From contig CM082587.2 in assembly GCA_040954595.2 (NCBI GenBank), positions 124,001 to 188,000 on the forward strand: DNA of 64,000 nt, given 5' to 3'. Position 1 is the stretch's first letter, and each line of letters begins with the position of its first letter. The DNA is from Balanoglossus misakiensis. Its lineage: Eukaryota > Animalia > Hemichordata. Under the pieces are notes generated by a model, which saw only the letters and a program-made list of their open reading frames with translations, was not told the DNA's origin and searched no databases. Of the stretch, positions 23,472 to 37,800 are shown in pieces. The position numbers were made by a program, and so were the translations under genes.

Positions 23472-26400
23472 GTAAGTTCGATTTTTAACTTTTCACCATG
23501 ATTGTTTCTTGATTCTGGGACAGTTCTCAGTGGATGTGCTTTTACTTTCCGTGCAGCCATCTGTCTTAACGAATGATTATAGCTCATGATGGTTGATCTC
23601 AGTGTTACATGCAATTTCTTGATATATTAATAAGTTACTTCAGGGGCAGTGAGGGTGTCAGTGAGTGTGTGCAATTAAACCAATCAATCATCTATATATT
23701 TAACGAAACGTACACAAAAGTTGAGTTCAGATCGGAAGCCGTTAGTCTCATGTTGACCGCAGATGAATGCATTCTGCATGAATGCGCAGCCTCCTCCGAA
23801 GACGGGAATGTCATTTATTCATTCCTTCATTCCTTCGTTCGTTCATTCCATGTAAAGGTTAATGCTGTGAAAAACTTTCGAAATTCATTCGCATTAAGGA
23901 AGTGATACTGGATCATGGGCTAACGATGTGATTCTTTCAGAGCTTATAAAAAGTTAACATTTTGAGGGTTTTTTTTCATCTTGTAAGTAGCAATGGCACT
24001 GACAAACTGATGCGAGGCCCATTTACTCTGAATGTTCTTGTAGAGTGGGAGATGTTTTCTTTCTGCAAAGGTTACATCAACACGGGAAAACCTTTAGACA
24101 ATCGGCGAGACTTTGAGCGCTGTAGTGAAGGGCCCAGTCTTTTTTTCACTCACTCTAAGTATTATGCGCACAATTAGTGTACACAAATCGTTTGTGTATT
24201 TGTCTTCTCTTTGTGAGGGAAGCGGAAAGGAGTGAGAAGGCCTCGGTTAAAGGTTAGCGAGTTTTCGAGACGTCCGAACAGATCATGTGTGACTTTACCA
24301 TTGATGTGAATTGGCCACTCACCCAGCGTGACATGTGGCAGAAAGCCAAATTGTGTTGAAGTGCGCGGGATAGTTTGTGTCACTTGTCTCTTCTTTCTAA
24401 GACTCTCAAAACATAAACCAGAGAGTGCCTTACAATTCTTTCTAACCTGCTGAGTGACCATCAATTTAAAATTATCCATACTTAGCCTTGATAGTCTACG
24501 CACTGATTGAGAAAACAGAGCAGAAAATTAAATCAATGCTGATTAATTTAGAGGCTGGTGGTGTTCTCATGTTTTCCGTATCCATGGATACAGTTTATCA
24601 TTCGTGAAAAACGCCAGATTCTAGACTGGAGAAAGTTAGGTATTTGACCGGCAAAAACTTACTTGAGGATACAATTGATTTTGCCGGGATTGGCTAGATT
24701 GGATCATAGAGTATATGATAGGTCAGAGAGTATCGATCAAGGCTACTCCCTCTTGAATCAATCACAAGGAGCATGTCAAGTCAAAGTGCCTTTTGTGACG
24801 ATTGAATAACAAGTTGTTTAGAGAAAACAAACCATCATTTCAGATTGGCACAACCCCTGTTTGACGACCAGGATTTGAATAACGGGAAAATGAACCACAC
24901 TGGTTACCATGGTTGCTCTTGCCTTTTATCAAATAGTTTGCACCGAATATCCAAGAAGCTTTAATCATGGTCATTGTATACTGTTTTGCAACCTTTAGCA
25001 TTAATACTGATTTAGTTAAATTTTGGGTGAGAGTTTGAGTGGGTGGACCTCTTACTATGTAATTTACTGGGTTATTGCTCGGATAAATTCTCAGACACAC
25101 TCGGAAAGTATAATATACATGGTCCGAACTTCTAGGTAGGCTGTACTGTGGGGTAAAATATGACGCCCCTAGTCTGGACATTCTCGAGCGGTCGTTCTTG
25201 TTCATTGATTGAAGGAAATGACCTTTTCTGGGCGGACTGGCCCATTTCTTCAGACCAGCTGGGTTTCATTTGTCGCCTGCCAGTAGCATAAATTTCTAAT
25301 TTTTTTCTAGGTTACAGGCGCTGTGAAAATTGCTTGAATAATAGTAGAGTTGATAAATCTCTATCATAATTTCCCCTGCAATGTACTTTTCATTTCCCTA
25401 TACTTCACGCATCATAAAGTCGGGAGATAGTGAAACTGGATATCAAAACCAAACCATAAGCTGGTGAAAATAATCAGACATTTCTCTTTTGTTACATTAA
25501 TTCAAACAAGAACTGAAAAAAAGTAGTAGAAGTTCTTTAATTTCATTGTTTATCAAGTATTAAACTGTAGGTTGTGTCGGCCCGGGCAAGCGTTTAAAAT
25601 AATTGGAAGATAAATTTGTAATAAAATCATCAATGGAAAGATTTCGTCCATCGCAGGTTCGTTTATCTGTGTAACATTATTACGCGACGCATAGACCCTT
25701 CACTCCAGGGTCAATGCGCAAAGCCATACTTCTGTGATGAGATCTTTTTCCATTGACCCTATTGACATTGTGTGTCCTTCCTGGAGCGCTCTGTTGTATT
25801 TTGACATTGAAATGTAAAGTGAAAAGCCAGTGCCGCATGTCTACACGTTAACCTGCTTCAGTATCAGCTCTCAACATCAACCGCCGCCAGGTACATACAG
25901 TAATCTTATCTGAAAAATATGCAGGTTTAATGTTTGTAACACTGCTTGGAATTTCTCTCGCTCTTCTGACTTAGCCGTGGACAATCATTGCTTCCGTATG
26001 TTGCCTGCTGACAGAAGACACCGCTCTTTTGCGTCGGTGGAAATCACTTCACTACAGAATGGTACAACCTGTTTCCCATTAACGGTAACCATGGTAACCT
26101 TTCAGGTATTAGTGTCAACTTGACCATGGGGCCTTTCGTCAAAAAAGTAAACACAAGAAAAGTGACATATGATGGTAAAGTTATCTATATAACATATGTA
26201 CACGTCACAAAGTTAATTTCCTAAACCAGGTCTATGAAATTGACAAGTACCCACAATATCTCGATCATGGGAATTTTGCCAGAGGCAAACGGTTATAGCA
26301 TAGAGTGTGTAGAAATAACTACACTTGTGATTCCAGATACGGGTTTAGGTTGGAGGCGATGATTTATGAAGTACTAAGATCCACCTGTGTGACTTTTCAC

Positions 26401-29400
26401 ATGGCCATATCCGCCAAGTACATACCATTTTAGCATCTGATCTTTTGCTTTGCCTTGATACACAAGCGACATTTCCTTAAAATATAGATTTGCAGGCATG
26501 ACCTGGCGACAATTCTTAATCGGGTCAACATTTTTGGCACTTTTGAAAAAAAATAGTTGATAGAAATCACGTATATTGCCAACAGACCCCTTAACCCAAC
26601 CGACACATAATTAATACGAGTGATATTGGAAGAATTGGCAGCTGTTTACATTGATCACAGCCATTGTCGACTAAACTGGCCCTAGACATCACGAAAAATA
26701 ATTGACGATGGAGAAATTGTCTTGCATATATTCTCCTGCGGAGACGCGCATGACGCCAAATACTTCTGTGGTAAATGTGCTGTGTGCATATCATAAGTAA
26801 TGATGAGTTTGACACGTCAGAGTTTGAAATCATCACTTTTGATATTTAAAACACAAGAGTCAACTCTGACAAAATCTCGGAAAATTGTAGAGACTGTAGA
26901 CTGCGATACATTTGATTTGATGGTTTTATGGCAGTATCAACAGTTTGCAATGTCAATTTGGTTTGTCAAGACTTTAACCCACGTTAGCCCGTGACACATA
27001 AAGTCGTAAACTAAGCCCCATGCCAATTCCATCCTTCGTTTTGAATAAATTATATCTCACATCATCTGTTGGTGCGATCAACAGGTCAAAGGCTACCTCA
27101 GGGATGTGAAGAGAGAGAGAGAGATATGTGCAAAATGTGAAATATTGGTCAGATGTTTTCTTTAACTCTATAGTTGTGCCACTGTTTTACCCGTGATGGA
27201 GTGTCCGAGTGTCATGTTCAACGTTTTCAGTTTTATGCCACATACAGCAGTGAAAAACTTTCTTCAGTTGCTATGGCAGCATATTTCTTAAAATGGTTGA
27301 TTACCCATGATTCTAGGGTGTGTAGAGATGAAAGTCTGCTCATTCATCGCAAGGACAGAAAAGGAACTGGCGATATCAAAATGCAAACGTCTACATGATT
27401 AATGAGAACTTTAACAAACACCAAGCTTTGCTATGTTGGCATTCTTTCACATCGGATTGTTCCCCGTCTTGTCTATATAATGCTACTACCCCCAGATAAG
27501 TAGCAATGCTGTATATTCCATTGTATGTAAAGAATATCTTATGTAACTGCATTTGGCCCTGATTAACATTTAAACAAATAGTTTGCTCAAGAAGAATGCA
27601 ACTTCAATGTTACATACAATAAAAGCGTTGCCACACATAATCAGTGATCACTGTAAGTTCAAACTAAACTCATTTAGCGGATACATGATGTACATTTAAC
27701 AGTGGCTTTATTTTGCCACAATAAACCAAACTTGACTTACGGAAAAGACCAAAAGTATTCATCGTCAAAAAGAAAATTAGTCCATTGTTTGTCATTGTCA
27801 TAGATTATTATGCCATGGTAGTCAATTGTTAATTTTCATACAACGATTTTATACAATTTGCCCTAAAATGCAGAATTGCCTAATTTTATGAAACTTTCTG
27901 TAGATACTGGTTTCATATAGAATAGGACTGCACCATAATAAAATCGAAAGCTTCAATGTTGTAAAATACAAATTTGCATATTTAATTATGAACTTAGAGG
28001 CATTTAGCACTGCCCTAGCTGTTAGTAGAATGCTAATTTGCATATTACATGAATTTGCACAATTAGCTCAATACATCCACAGTCACTACACTACATTTGT
28101 TGGAACTTGCTAAACATACTTGTCTCACATAGCTTTGATTGTACTAAAAGTCACTTTGGAATTTCTTGTCTCTAACGGCAAATTTGAATATTTAGTGAAT
28201 TTTGTAATTACGTACATGTATGTCCAAATGATAGTATTTCTGCAGATATTGAGCTAATATAGCATATTTAAAGACATTTGTAAAGAATTTCACAGTTTCT
28301 TTCAAACATTCTTATTTGCAGTTAGTGAAATAAATGCAGCATTGCTGAACAAATGATTAAAACTTGCTACAGATATTGGTCTCGGCTAGACCTTACTGTA
28401 CTGAAAGATCTGTAATGTTAATTACCTTCTGACCCATATGACCCACTCTAATTTCGCTCCAACACCCCCCCCCCCTCCCCCTGTTGAAAATGGAACGAGT
28501 CTGGCAACCCAAGGCTTCCCTCGATGGTGATAGTGTAAAAGTGTAGCCAGGCTCTAAAGCAGACAACTGTTTTACATGCGTGCGCATAGTCTGGGATACT
28601 GGACCTGGAGGATAAATTCCATCACGTACAAGGGCGAGAAGAGGCCTTGTACTCCATCAACCCAGTCAGTACCCGAACTCCTCTACTACCATGTGGACAA
28701 TCTCGGGGCGTGTTCATGTTCTTATCTCGCTTCCCATGAAGAAATGACCCTACTAATTAAGGTCAGCATGCGTTATGTTATAGAGGACTGAACGTGTTCA
28801 GGAATTCACCAACTCTGCATGTTTTTCTCCCCTACCATGTATATTGCATGGAATTATATTTTGCTCATATATTGCCAAAAGTGCAAAACGGCAGTGTAAA
28901 TGTCACGTTAGTGGATTGCCCAATCCAAGGTGTACCTTCCGTGTTATTTCCAATTATGTATGTTAAATGTTTACGATTCAGTATTTTTTCATCTATTTTA
29001 TTAAGACATAAAACTGGCTGTCGTTTCAAACCCATTTCATAAATTTCATGACTAAATAGGAGGAGAATTCGACTTCAACTACACAGCAAACTCTAGTAGA
29101 GACAGCCACCAGAATTACCCATAAACACGTCACACCTGTACTCAGACACCTGTACTGGCTTCAGTCGCTTACAAAATCGAATTTTACCAGGTAAAACAAA
29201 TGTGATTTTGTATGTAAATGTACATCATCTGTTGAATAAGATTTTTGAGTAGTTCGTGTTGATGTTGTTAAATTCGGGACTTTCAAGTTGTTTACCGCAC
29301 ACATAAAGGCAGTGAAAAAGATATCATATAGAAACTGTTATATTCTACGTTGAAATCAAAGGTTCAAACTCGATAAGTGAAGGTCAAGTACTACGGTTGG

Positions 29401-31862
29401 CGCAATTTCAATCCCAAAACCTATTCTGGTGTGGTCAGACACTATTTAATGAGCGCTCATGTCGTCTAGACAAGCTGAAGGCGGATCTTGCCAATTTTGG
29501 CGCTCCCTATTGATCTCTTCATATGTTCATTTGCCTCCGGTGTAAACTGAGAAACAATGTGGCGATAAGTTAGTCCAGGGTGTACTGTGGTGGACAAAAA
29601 CTATGACACGTAACCAGGTGTTGGTTTGTAGACCGCATACTTCCTCCAGTAAATGACGTCTGGAAATGCTATTATTTCTCGGTTGTCTGGTCGCAGTAAG
29701 ACAGGTCTAAGATTACGACTGTCTCAAAGGTTTTCTTTGTTGAAGTCCAGGCCACAGAATCAGTTACGGACAGTCTCACCAACCTTGGTAACTGGAGCAC
29801 ATATTCAATGGTTCCGATCCCATGCTGTCGACATGTCGGAATTATAACTCCAAGCCAAACATTTAACACTCAAAAGCTCTTTCCTCTCACAGGGGACAAT
29901 GCTCATGCGCGGAAACACTTTGGATCTGGGGCACTTGCAAATGTGTAGTTTCTTGAAGAAACTTATGTAAAAATATTCAAAAGAAATATTCGTGGAATAC
30001 TAACCCTTTCAGTGTACACAATATGCAAACCAGTGTCGTGATATTAATATGAGATTTGATAAGGGGTTTGATAACCATTGATTCCATGTTAGTGTCTTTA
30101 TTCCCACCAAATCTCGTGTCGGCAGTTTCTGATGTGAACATTGTCCAATCAGTGTGGCGATATTGGGCGATGAAAAAGGCGATGCATGTGCAGAAGAATC
30201 CGCCCAATGTTGGGGAGTTGGAAAAATGACTTGGCGAAGATGTTGAGTAAAAATGAAGTGGGCGACACCTCAATCTTGTAGACCTCCATGATATCATATG
30301 GTCCACCCCTAAGTTTCATTTGGTGACAATATTGGCTGAGTGACTTCCTGCAAGTCCCATGTGGTACCATTTTTCATTTAGCATAGAGTTCTTTCACAGC
30401 TTCCACAATACATTTGGCTTTAGCTAGTATTGCCCACTACACCTCCTAAGTGGGCCCTACATTCCCATAGTTAATTCATTATGCATTGCGGAAAATGTGA
30501 AATGACGTTTTAGTTAAAAGTGCTATTTTCATAACTCGCACTCAGTAGACGTCGTTGAAACTACCATTACACACAGCGCTCCCTCGAATAACCGGAAAGT
30601 GTATTGTGTTTATTCTGCCTCGCAGCCGTAAAGTGGTATTTTACAAGAATTTTCTGGGAGTGACGGAACTTGACCTGGCCACTTTGTTTGCATGTCAGTC
30701 CTAGTGTGAAACTCAACGTGTTGTCGTTTAACTTTTGCTACTTCACAGCAGCAGTTCTTTTGCGGCAAATAATAATTACTGTCGAAATATTCAGAACCTT
30801 TGTCATTAGACACTCCATTAGAATTCTTCTTATTGTATCAGAGCTTTTAAAAAAATGCATCTGGGCCTAAGATCAAAATTACCAGTGTAAGTCGTCTTTT
30901 GCTCCGGAATTTTCAGAATTGCTTAAAGTACGCCATTTTGAAACCAGTTAAAAGCAAATCTGCAGACGAAGTGTTGGATCATCTTCCCACTAGTCTTTTC
31001 TCACACGTCTCCTCTAGTTATGCAAATATTATGAAACTTTGAGAACAATGACATGAAAATTCCTGGATTAAAGCACATTTTCTCAAATATGATGAAATTG
31101 ATTCAAATATACAAAAATGTAGTTTCCATCGTCAGTAAAACTTGGATAGAACACAATTGTTGCTTATTTGATGACACTCACAAACAATGACAAAATCAGT
31201 AAAATAGCTGTGAGTTCATCTTAGCAACATAGAAAATAGGCTCAGTCTCTCCTGGCGCATGCGTGACGCTCCATGGAAACAGTTAGTGAAGAAGGTCGGC
31301 ATAAGTACAAGCAGTTGGAAATCTTTGTTGTTGAATAATTAAATTGTTTACAAGTAACCATAGTAGTGCCCTACTTCAGATAATCAGCGACAAAGGTCTA
31401 TTCGTCTGTGCGTTAATTAGCGAGCCATTGATACAGTGTCCAGGTTGTTTTGCATGCTCTTGATATTATACAATGAACATTAATTGACTATGTACTACAC
31501 CTGCTGATATTAGCAAGGCAAATGACCCAAGAAACAATTGTGAAATTTGGATCGAACTGCACAGAACTAATTTCTAAGTGAGTTGGGATTTCAAATTGCA
31601 TTTAGGCAGTGCCACCCAGCAAACCGCAGAAGCTCAGATTACAGCTAAACACTCTCAAAGTGTGTTATGCTTTTATTTACAAGTAAAACTTGATCCAATA
31701 TTTTACTAAATTCATCACATTTAACATTTCGACTACAGTATGTCGACTTCTCTTTTCACATACTCATTTTACCATAATAGCCCTTGGGGACGAGACTAGA
31801 GTCTGCAAGAGAAAGCTAAGCCCAAGCTTAACTTCGATGCAAAGTTTAAAGATGTTTAAATG

Positions 31863-31893
<31 letters not shown>

Positions 31894-34800
31894 TTGAATG
31901 AATGCATGCATGCATGTATTTATGTATATGTATGTGGAGTCACGTGACCATGAGCCAACCAATTTTTCATATTTGCAGACTACATAAAAATGTCAGTCAA
32001 TTCTACCCGAAGATCCTTTGACAAATTCCTACTTCCGCGATAAAGATCGTTTATAGGAGATTGTGACATATCAAAGCCGAGGCCAATCGTTTGTCTCATG
32101 TAAAATTTAGGCTTTTAGAGCAGTTGTTAAAATGCAGCTGTTGCCATAGTTACTGAACTTTGCTAACTGTTAACTGTTTGGGTGAAAACTTCACCAGTGG
32201 CAGAATGCAGCAAGGCACATTGTCGTTAATGCCAGAAAGCATTGTATGTAGAAACAAAATATACCTCACCAAGTCATCAATATGCAAATAGAGTTGTTAG
32301 AAAATATAGTGAACTAAGCATCTGACTAACAGCTGTCGCTTGTTTAAGAAAGTCAAATTGAAGTATTTAACATGACAAGTGAGATACGAATAAATAGGTA
32401 TAAACAAATAAAGTGCTTTTAAAAAGTCAGTTGCTTTCTCCACTTTACGTAACCGATGGTTCTACATGACTGAACAAACCACAGCTATTGATTTCGGCAG
32501 ATAAAATCTTTGATTAACCCATTAGGCCTACTGGGATTGTGTAAACTTTACCCAGAAAAATCCTTTAGAACAAGGCGAATGGTCTCCGCAAGGAGCTAAT
32601 AGTACAGACGACCACCAATAAAAGCAATTCTTGACCTCATAATTACAACCACTTTGGGCATTTGAAAAATGTCGCCAGATATGTAAAAATGCCACAAACG
32701 AAATATTACCCAGAGAAAAAACTGCCAACGTGGACAGTAACTCTATAGTAACAGTTACTGCAAAATGCTTTTCCGAATTCTACTCTAAAACACCGCACTA
32801 CCTCGTCTTTATATTCCTCCAGTCAAGCTTCTTAATGGCGGATTTATTTTCAAGAATGTCGCTTTTTCCACAACTGCCGCACCTCTTATAAGTCTTGTTT
32901 TACAACTTCAAGGCTTCTGTCTGGCCACAAGAGGTAACACAGTTAACGCACTTTGCATACGACAAACCTTCTCGGATTTCTTCGAAAAGTGCTCTGAGTT
33001 ATTCGTTAACACTTTGTCCTCCAATGAACAGTAGTTTTAACTATCCAATAAAGTCACATTAACGTAAATCTTTACAGTGTCCCAAAGTTTTTGAAAGTAT
33101 TGAAACATCACGCCCAGTATGTGTCTAGTTCATTGGTGCAATGAATGTACTTCGCTTCAGGGAAACGTTGCACAGGTTGACCTTTGTGCTCCAATGGTTT
33201 CTGGAAGAGTACAGTGATTCCACATTAAGACTCTTGCTTTGTTCAGCCCTGGTGAAACTGACAACGTTTCAGAGGAAGTATTTGTGATTTATCAAAACTA
33301 AGAGGACTAATAATAGTTTGAATCTTATTTTATGCAAGTTTCCAACATACAACATTTAAGAGTCGCCTTAATTGGCTGTGTCTGAACAAGGCATCTTACA
33401 AGTCATGCCTACAAAATGAGTGTGCATATTACCATCCACTCTGATCTCATTGAAATGCGCGACATGCAGCTTTACCCTGGATAGTGTTTATTCTGTGTTG
33501 AGGGTAAATTTACACAATTCTAATATTGTTACTGGTTGTCTTCCTGGGAGTCTATACACGAGAGTGTGTGTACACAGGTATGTGCTCACATGAACCTCAT
33601 TCACCCGTTTTTCAAAATTATATTATATAGGGGAAAGTCCCATGTCCAATAGAGGCCATATCGGTGTTATGGGGATAAACTTAAGTATTGGCTATTGTAT
33701 ACGATCAAAGCAATCCAAGCAATTACTCAGGCACACCTAAAGCGATCTCTTGAAGGTTCTAGGCATCAGAATTCGATGACTCAATGTCTACCATGGTCAA
33801 CATGGATCATCATCCTTTTGGCAACTGCAATTCGGATTTCTAAAATAAAAGAGGACTGTGTCATTCACGATGACTTCTTTCCACACCACTTGCAACATAC
33901 TGCAGCAGAATGATAACTGGCGATCATGTATCAACCGAATCTTATATCGACGCCTTATACAAAAAATTGCATTTTGATGTCGAATTTTAAGTAGCTACAT
34001 ACTCTATGGATGACTGTGTCTTAAATGGTGTCAAAGTAAATATATTGCAATTGGAAAAAAGTCAACAGTTGCGCTAATTTTTCTCCATGTTAAAATAACA
34101 CAAGATGTGTCTCATTAGTGTCTAAGACATCAAACAAAAATAAAAAAACATGCCTATTCGGAATTTGCCTACACAACAAATATATACCCTTTCTTTTTTC
34201 TTTCCAAAGACAAAGTGTTAAAAGCGTAGATTCCATTCTCGCCTCTCTAGATCCCCAGCTGTTACATAGAAGGGTAATTTAATGGTCATACTGAGAGAAA
34301 TATGTGACCATCTCGCGGTTGCCAAGAATGGTAGACTGCAAATGCAAACATGCAGTCGTTGTAATCAGTATGGACCTCTAGAATAAATGAAAACACAATT
34401 TTTTCACTTCTTTCCATTTGCTTCCGAATTCCTATTGTGCCCTTTTGGGTTGCTATAGGCTACAATCTGGGTGTTGTAACTTGGAATACTTCACATGTGA
34501 CATGCATATGGTTTACATTAGCAAATTTAACATTCTTTCATATATCTGCGCCCTGCGAGAGTTTTGTGAGTGCTACTACCAGCAATGACATCACAGGTCT
34601 CATGATGAAAAATGGTCCAATTTATCATCCTTATGTGACATTAATGCAAAGGCACGAATTAGAAGTACTCGAATTCCATCGTACCCTTGCCTTTGCTTCA
34701 ACCTTGACGTTCAATTTCAAATTACATGTACTAGATTTTTGCATGTGAACGATAGAAAACTTCACTATTCATTTTTTGAGTACAAGACTTTGAAATGTTC

Positions 34801-37800
34801 CACAGTGGAAAGAAAGTTATACACACAAACATCACATATCTCAGGGTACATCTCTAAATGTAAAGAGAGCTAGAGTGTCGCATTCTATTATTGTCCTGCC
34901 AAAATCATTAACTGTTCTCATTTAGAATTTCAACCTTATATTACAATGGCTATACATGGCTACATTCGACACAGTTTGACCATTCAGACTGCCCTGGTCA
35001 CCATTGCAGAACAATTTTAATCAGACAGACTCAGAAGAAGTATGCTTGTAAACTTTAGAGTCTGACAATAAATCATATCGCCGCGCAGTGCATTTAGATA
35101 ATCATTGCATCGTGTTGTATAATACCCCGCGATGGAAAGACGAGACTGGCAATCTCGAACAACCCCGGTATAGTTTTCGCCTCTGTGACCTGAATGTCAG
35201 TTGTCGATCACAAAGTTTGAAGACTGCAATATCATCTCTGACCATCACCGAATAAGTTGGGAGTGTATTAAAGTCTTGAGCTACAGGACTCAGTAGACAA
35301 ATACATTCATTCACAGAATTTTATAATCTTTTAAAAATGTATATCAATCTTAACTTCCTGAATTAATCCATCAGTTCAACCTTGACAAATATACCCTGCC
35401 AGATAAATAAAAACTTGATTTAAATCATTAAAATAACTCCCATGTTGAGACTCGCGAATCACGTCACAAACTGCTTGAATGTCAACCAGTGGCAAATTTT
35501 GAATGTACACTTTTCGAGTAGTTTTCTCCCATGCTCCTTCTGTGTGAGTCTGAGTAATTTTCCAGATGCTTCGACTAGCTTGCCTCAAAAATAGCTTATG
35601 TAGAAAGAGAGGGGAATAAACGTAACAGCTGGGTCATAAAATATACCACATTCTTCACCTCGTCTGCGGGTTACCCGAAGAGTGAAACATTATCTTCCGT
35701 AAAATCCAGGAGAAATACAAGCGTGGAAGCAGTTAGGCCACGTCTTATTGACGTCAAGACAAAATATGCAAATTGTCAAACAGGAGCTCTACATTCTGTA
35801 CCAAAATAGTAGCGCTGACTTTTAGTGGGAACTGCCCTTTCAAGGTGTCTGACCCAACACGTCTGACCCGACGTCTGTGTCTTCATTCCAGGAGAGGATT
35901 TCTGCCCTGCTTTTGCATAACTGCTCACAGTCAAAATGACTATGTTGAGACTTGGGCTGTCAGTGAATTGGTCTGTTAACTTAGCGACTTCAGTAGACTG
36001 GATATTTCGCTTACCAAATGTAAACTTTATTGTGTCGGTTATAATAATTTCACAAGGAGATTCAAAGACTAGGGCAGTAATTAATGACAGTTCAGATAAC
36101 ATAATCTTACATAAAGACGACTGAACGTGACCTAAATACAAAGATGGGTAGTGGAGAGGAGCTATATGAGCAGACAATGGCCAAACATCTTACATATCTT
36201 TAAAGTCATTTTGAAAATGTCAGATGGGCTTTTTGGGGTATATAAATACCCCAAAAATTTTGCCCTTACATTGAAAACGTCAATCAGTACATTCACTTTA
36301 TGCCCTTGTGCTGAATATAGGTTGCTTGGCAACGCCCCTTGGCAACAGAGACAGGGTCTGGGTTTGTTATCATACGGATATGAGGTTACATCGCCATCGA
36401 CAGTTTTACGCAAGTGGAGGTGTAATTTGACTGAGAAGAGGTCTGATTACTCGTATGGAGATATTTTTTCATGTGACACCACCAGCAAAGAAGTACCGGT
36501 GATTAGACAATCTAGCCCCAGAATAAGTTTATCTGGCAGCTTCAACTGGGATTTTACCGTGCGTAATACAACATAGTTCATGTGGCCTGCAGAAAATATG
36601 TACTTGAAGGTCTGAATGCAAATTGATAAAGTCAAGTGCTTGTCTCTATATAGTTACTGTCGTCTTTCAGGATAAGGATGATGACAGAAACCCCGTGGAT
36701 TTAAACGATATGTGTGCTCAGAATCAGAATAGCAATGGCATTGCCCTCACTGTACTCTTGTCTCAATAGTTAGTATGTTCATTGCCTATCGTGCCTCCAT
36801 CTAGGTAAACTGTCTTCTTTTACAACACTAAACATTCGACCTTGATGGAGGGAAGGTTAGGTAATTGACTTATGGTATTTTGGATTATAGATACCACAAA
36901 TGAATATGTGCGTAGAATCCACATGCAATAAGGGTGCTTTCAGTTATATTGTGATGTATGCAGCACATTACGACACCAGTCTAATTTTCGCTTCTTTCTT
37001 TCTTTCTTTCTTTGGCAATGACAGGTGCACAAGACGTTCTTGAAGTTGCTGGTATTCGTAATTATCCTAAGGGAATAAAGACAGCTGAAGGATTCTGTAA
37101 GGATCGACCAGACAATGGCAGGGCCGTGGCACCACTTTTCACTAATGACGTTGCATTTGAGATGACACCTGAAGCGCAAGTCAGTATACCAACAACTGAA
37201 TTGTTTAATGGTGAGTATTAATTATTATAGTGCCGGACTATCTTGCATCGTCATGTTTTGAGGGAAAATTACAAATTTTATGACCGCGTAGAGTGCAATG
37301 ACCACATAGACAAGGAGTGTTATCATTCATTCATACTGGCAACAACATCGCTGTGCGTCTGCGTTTGGGACTAGTCAAAAATCATGTAGCTGCTGGGCAC
37401 TTAGTATAGCGGCCAATACAGTCCACAGCAAACTTCAGCATCTTTCGAAGGTTATGATGACATCACGCTTAATAGTCTGAGTTCTTATAAGCGTAGTAAG
37501 AGAGAAAGTTTGATCGAGGATGCTAATATGTAAGTATTAAGACAAGCTAACATCCTTGCCAATCGTCTGCTGAAGTGTGTCGACGTCCTCCTTCTCAAAA
37601 TAAAATTTAAATTTGTTTGGTCTTTGAGAGTTCAAAAAGTCATCGGGTGGGTGGTACTAAAGCCCTCTTGACACCGTTGTATTATAGATTCACCACAGTG
37701 GGAAGAAGGGTTGGAATGTTGTGACGTGACACAACAAAATACTGCGTGTAGTTTTTACTGCAAGTGTTAATGACCGGGATGAAATGGACTGTCCGCGTAG

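Noticed and set aside
23472-37024. Paired SoxE sites like those in vertebrate COL11A2 enhancers, and scattered RFX X-box or octamer motifs
   Set aside because: No correctly spaced inverted Sox pair seen by eye; the other motifs are scattered and probably repeat-derived.
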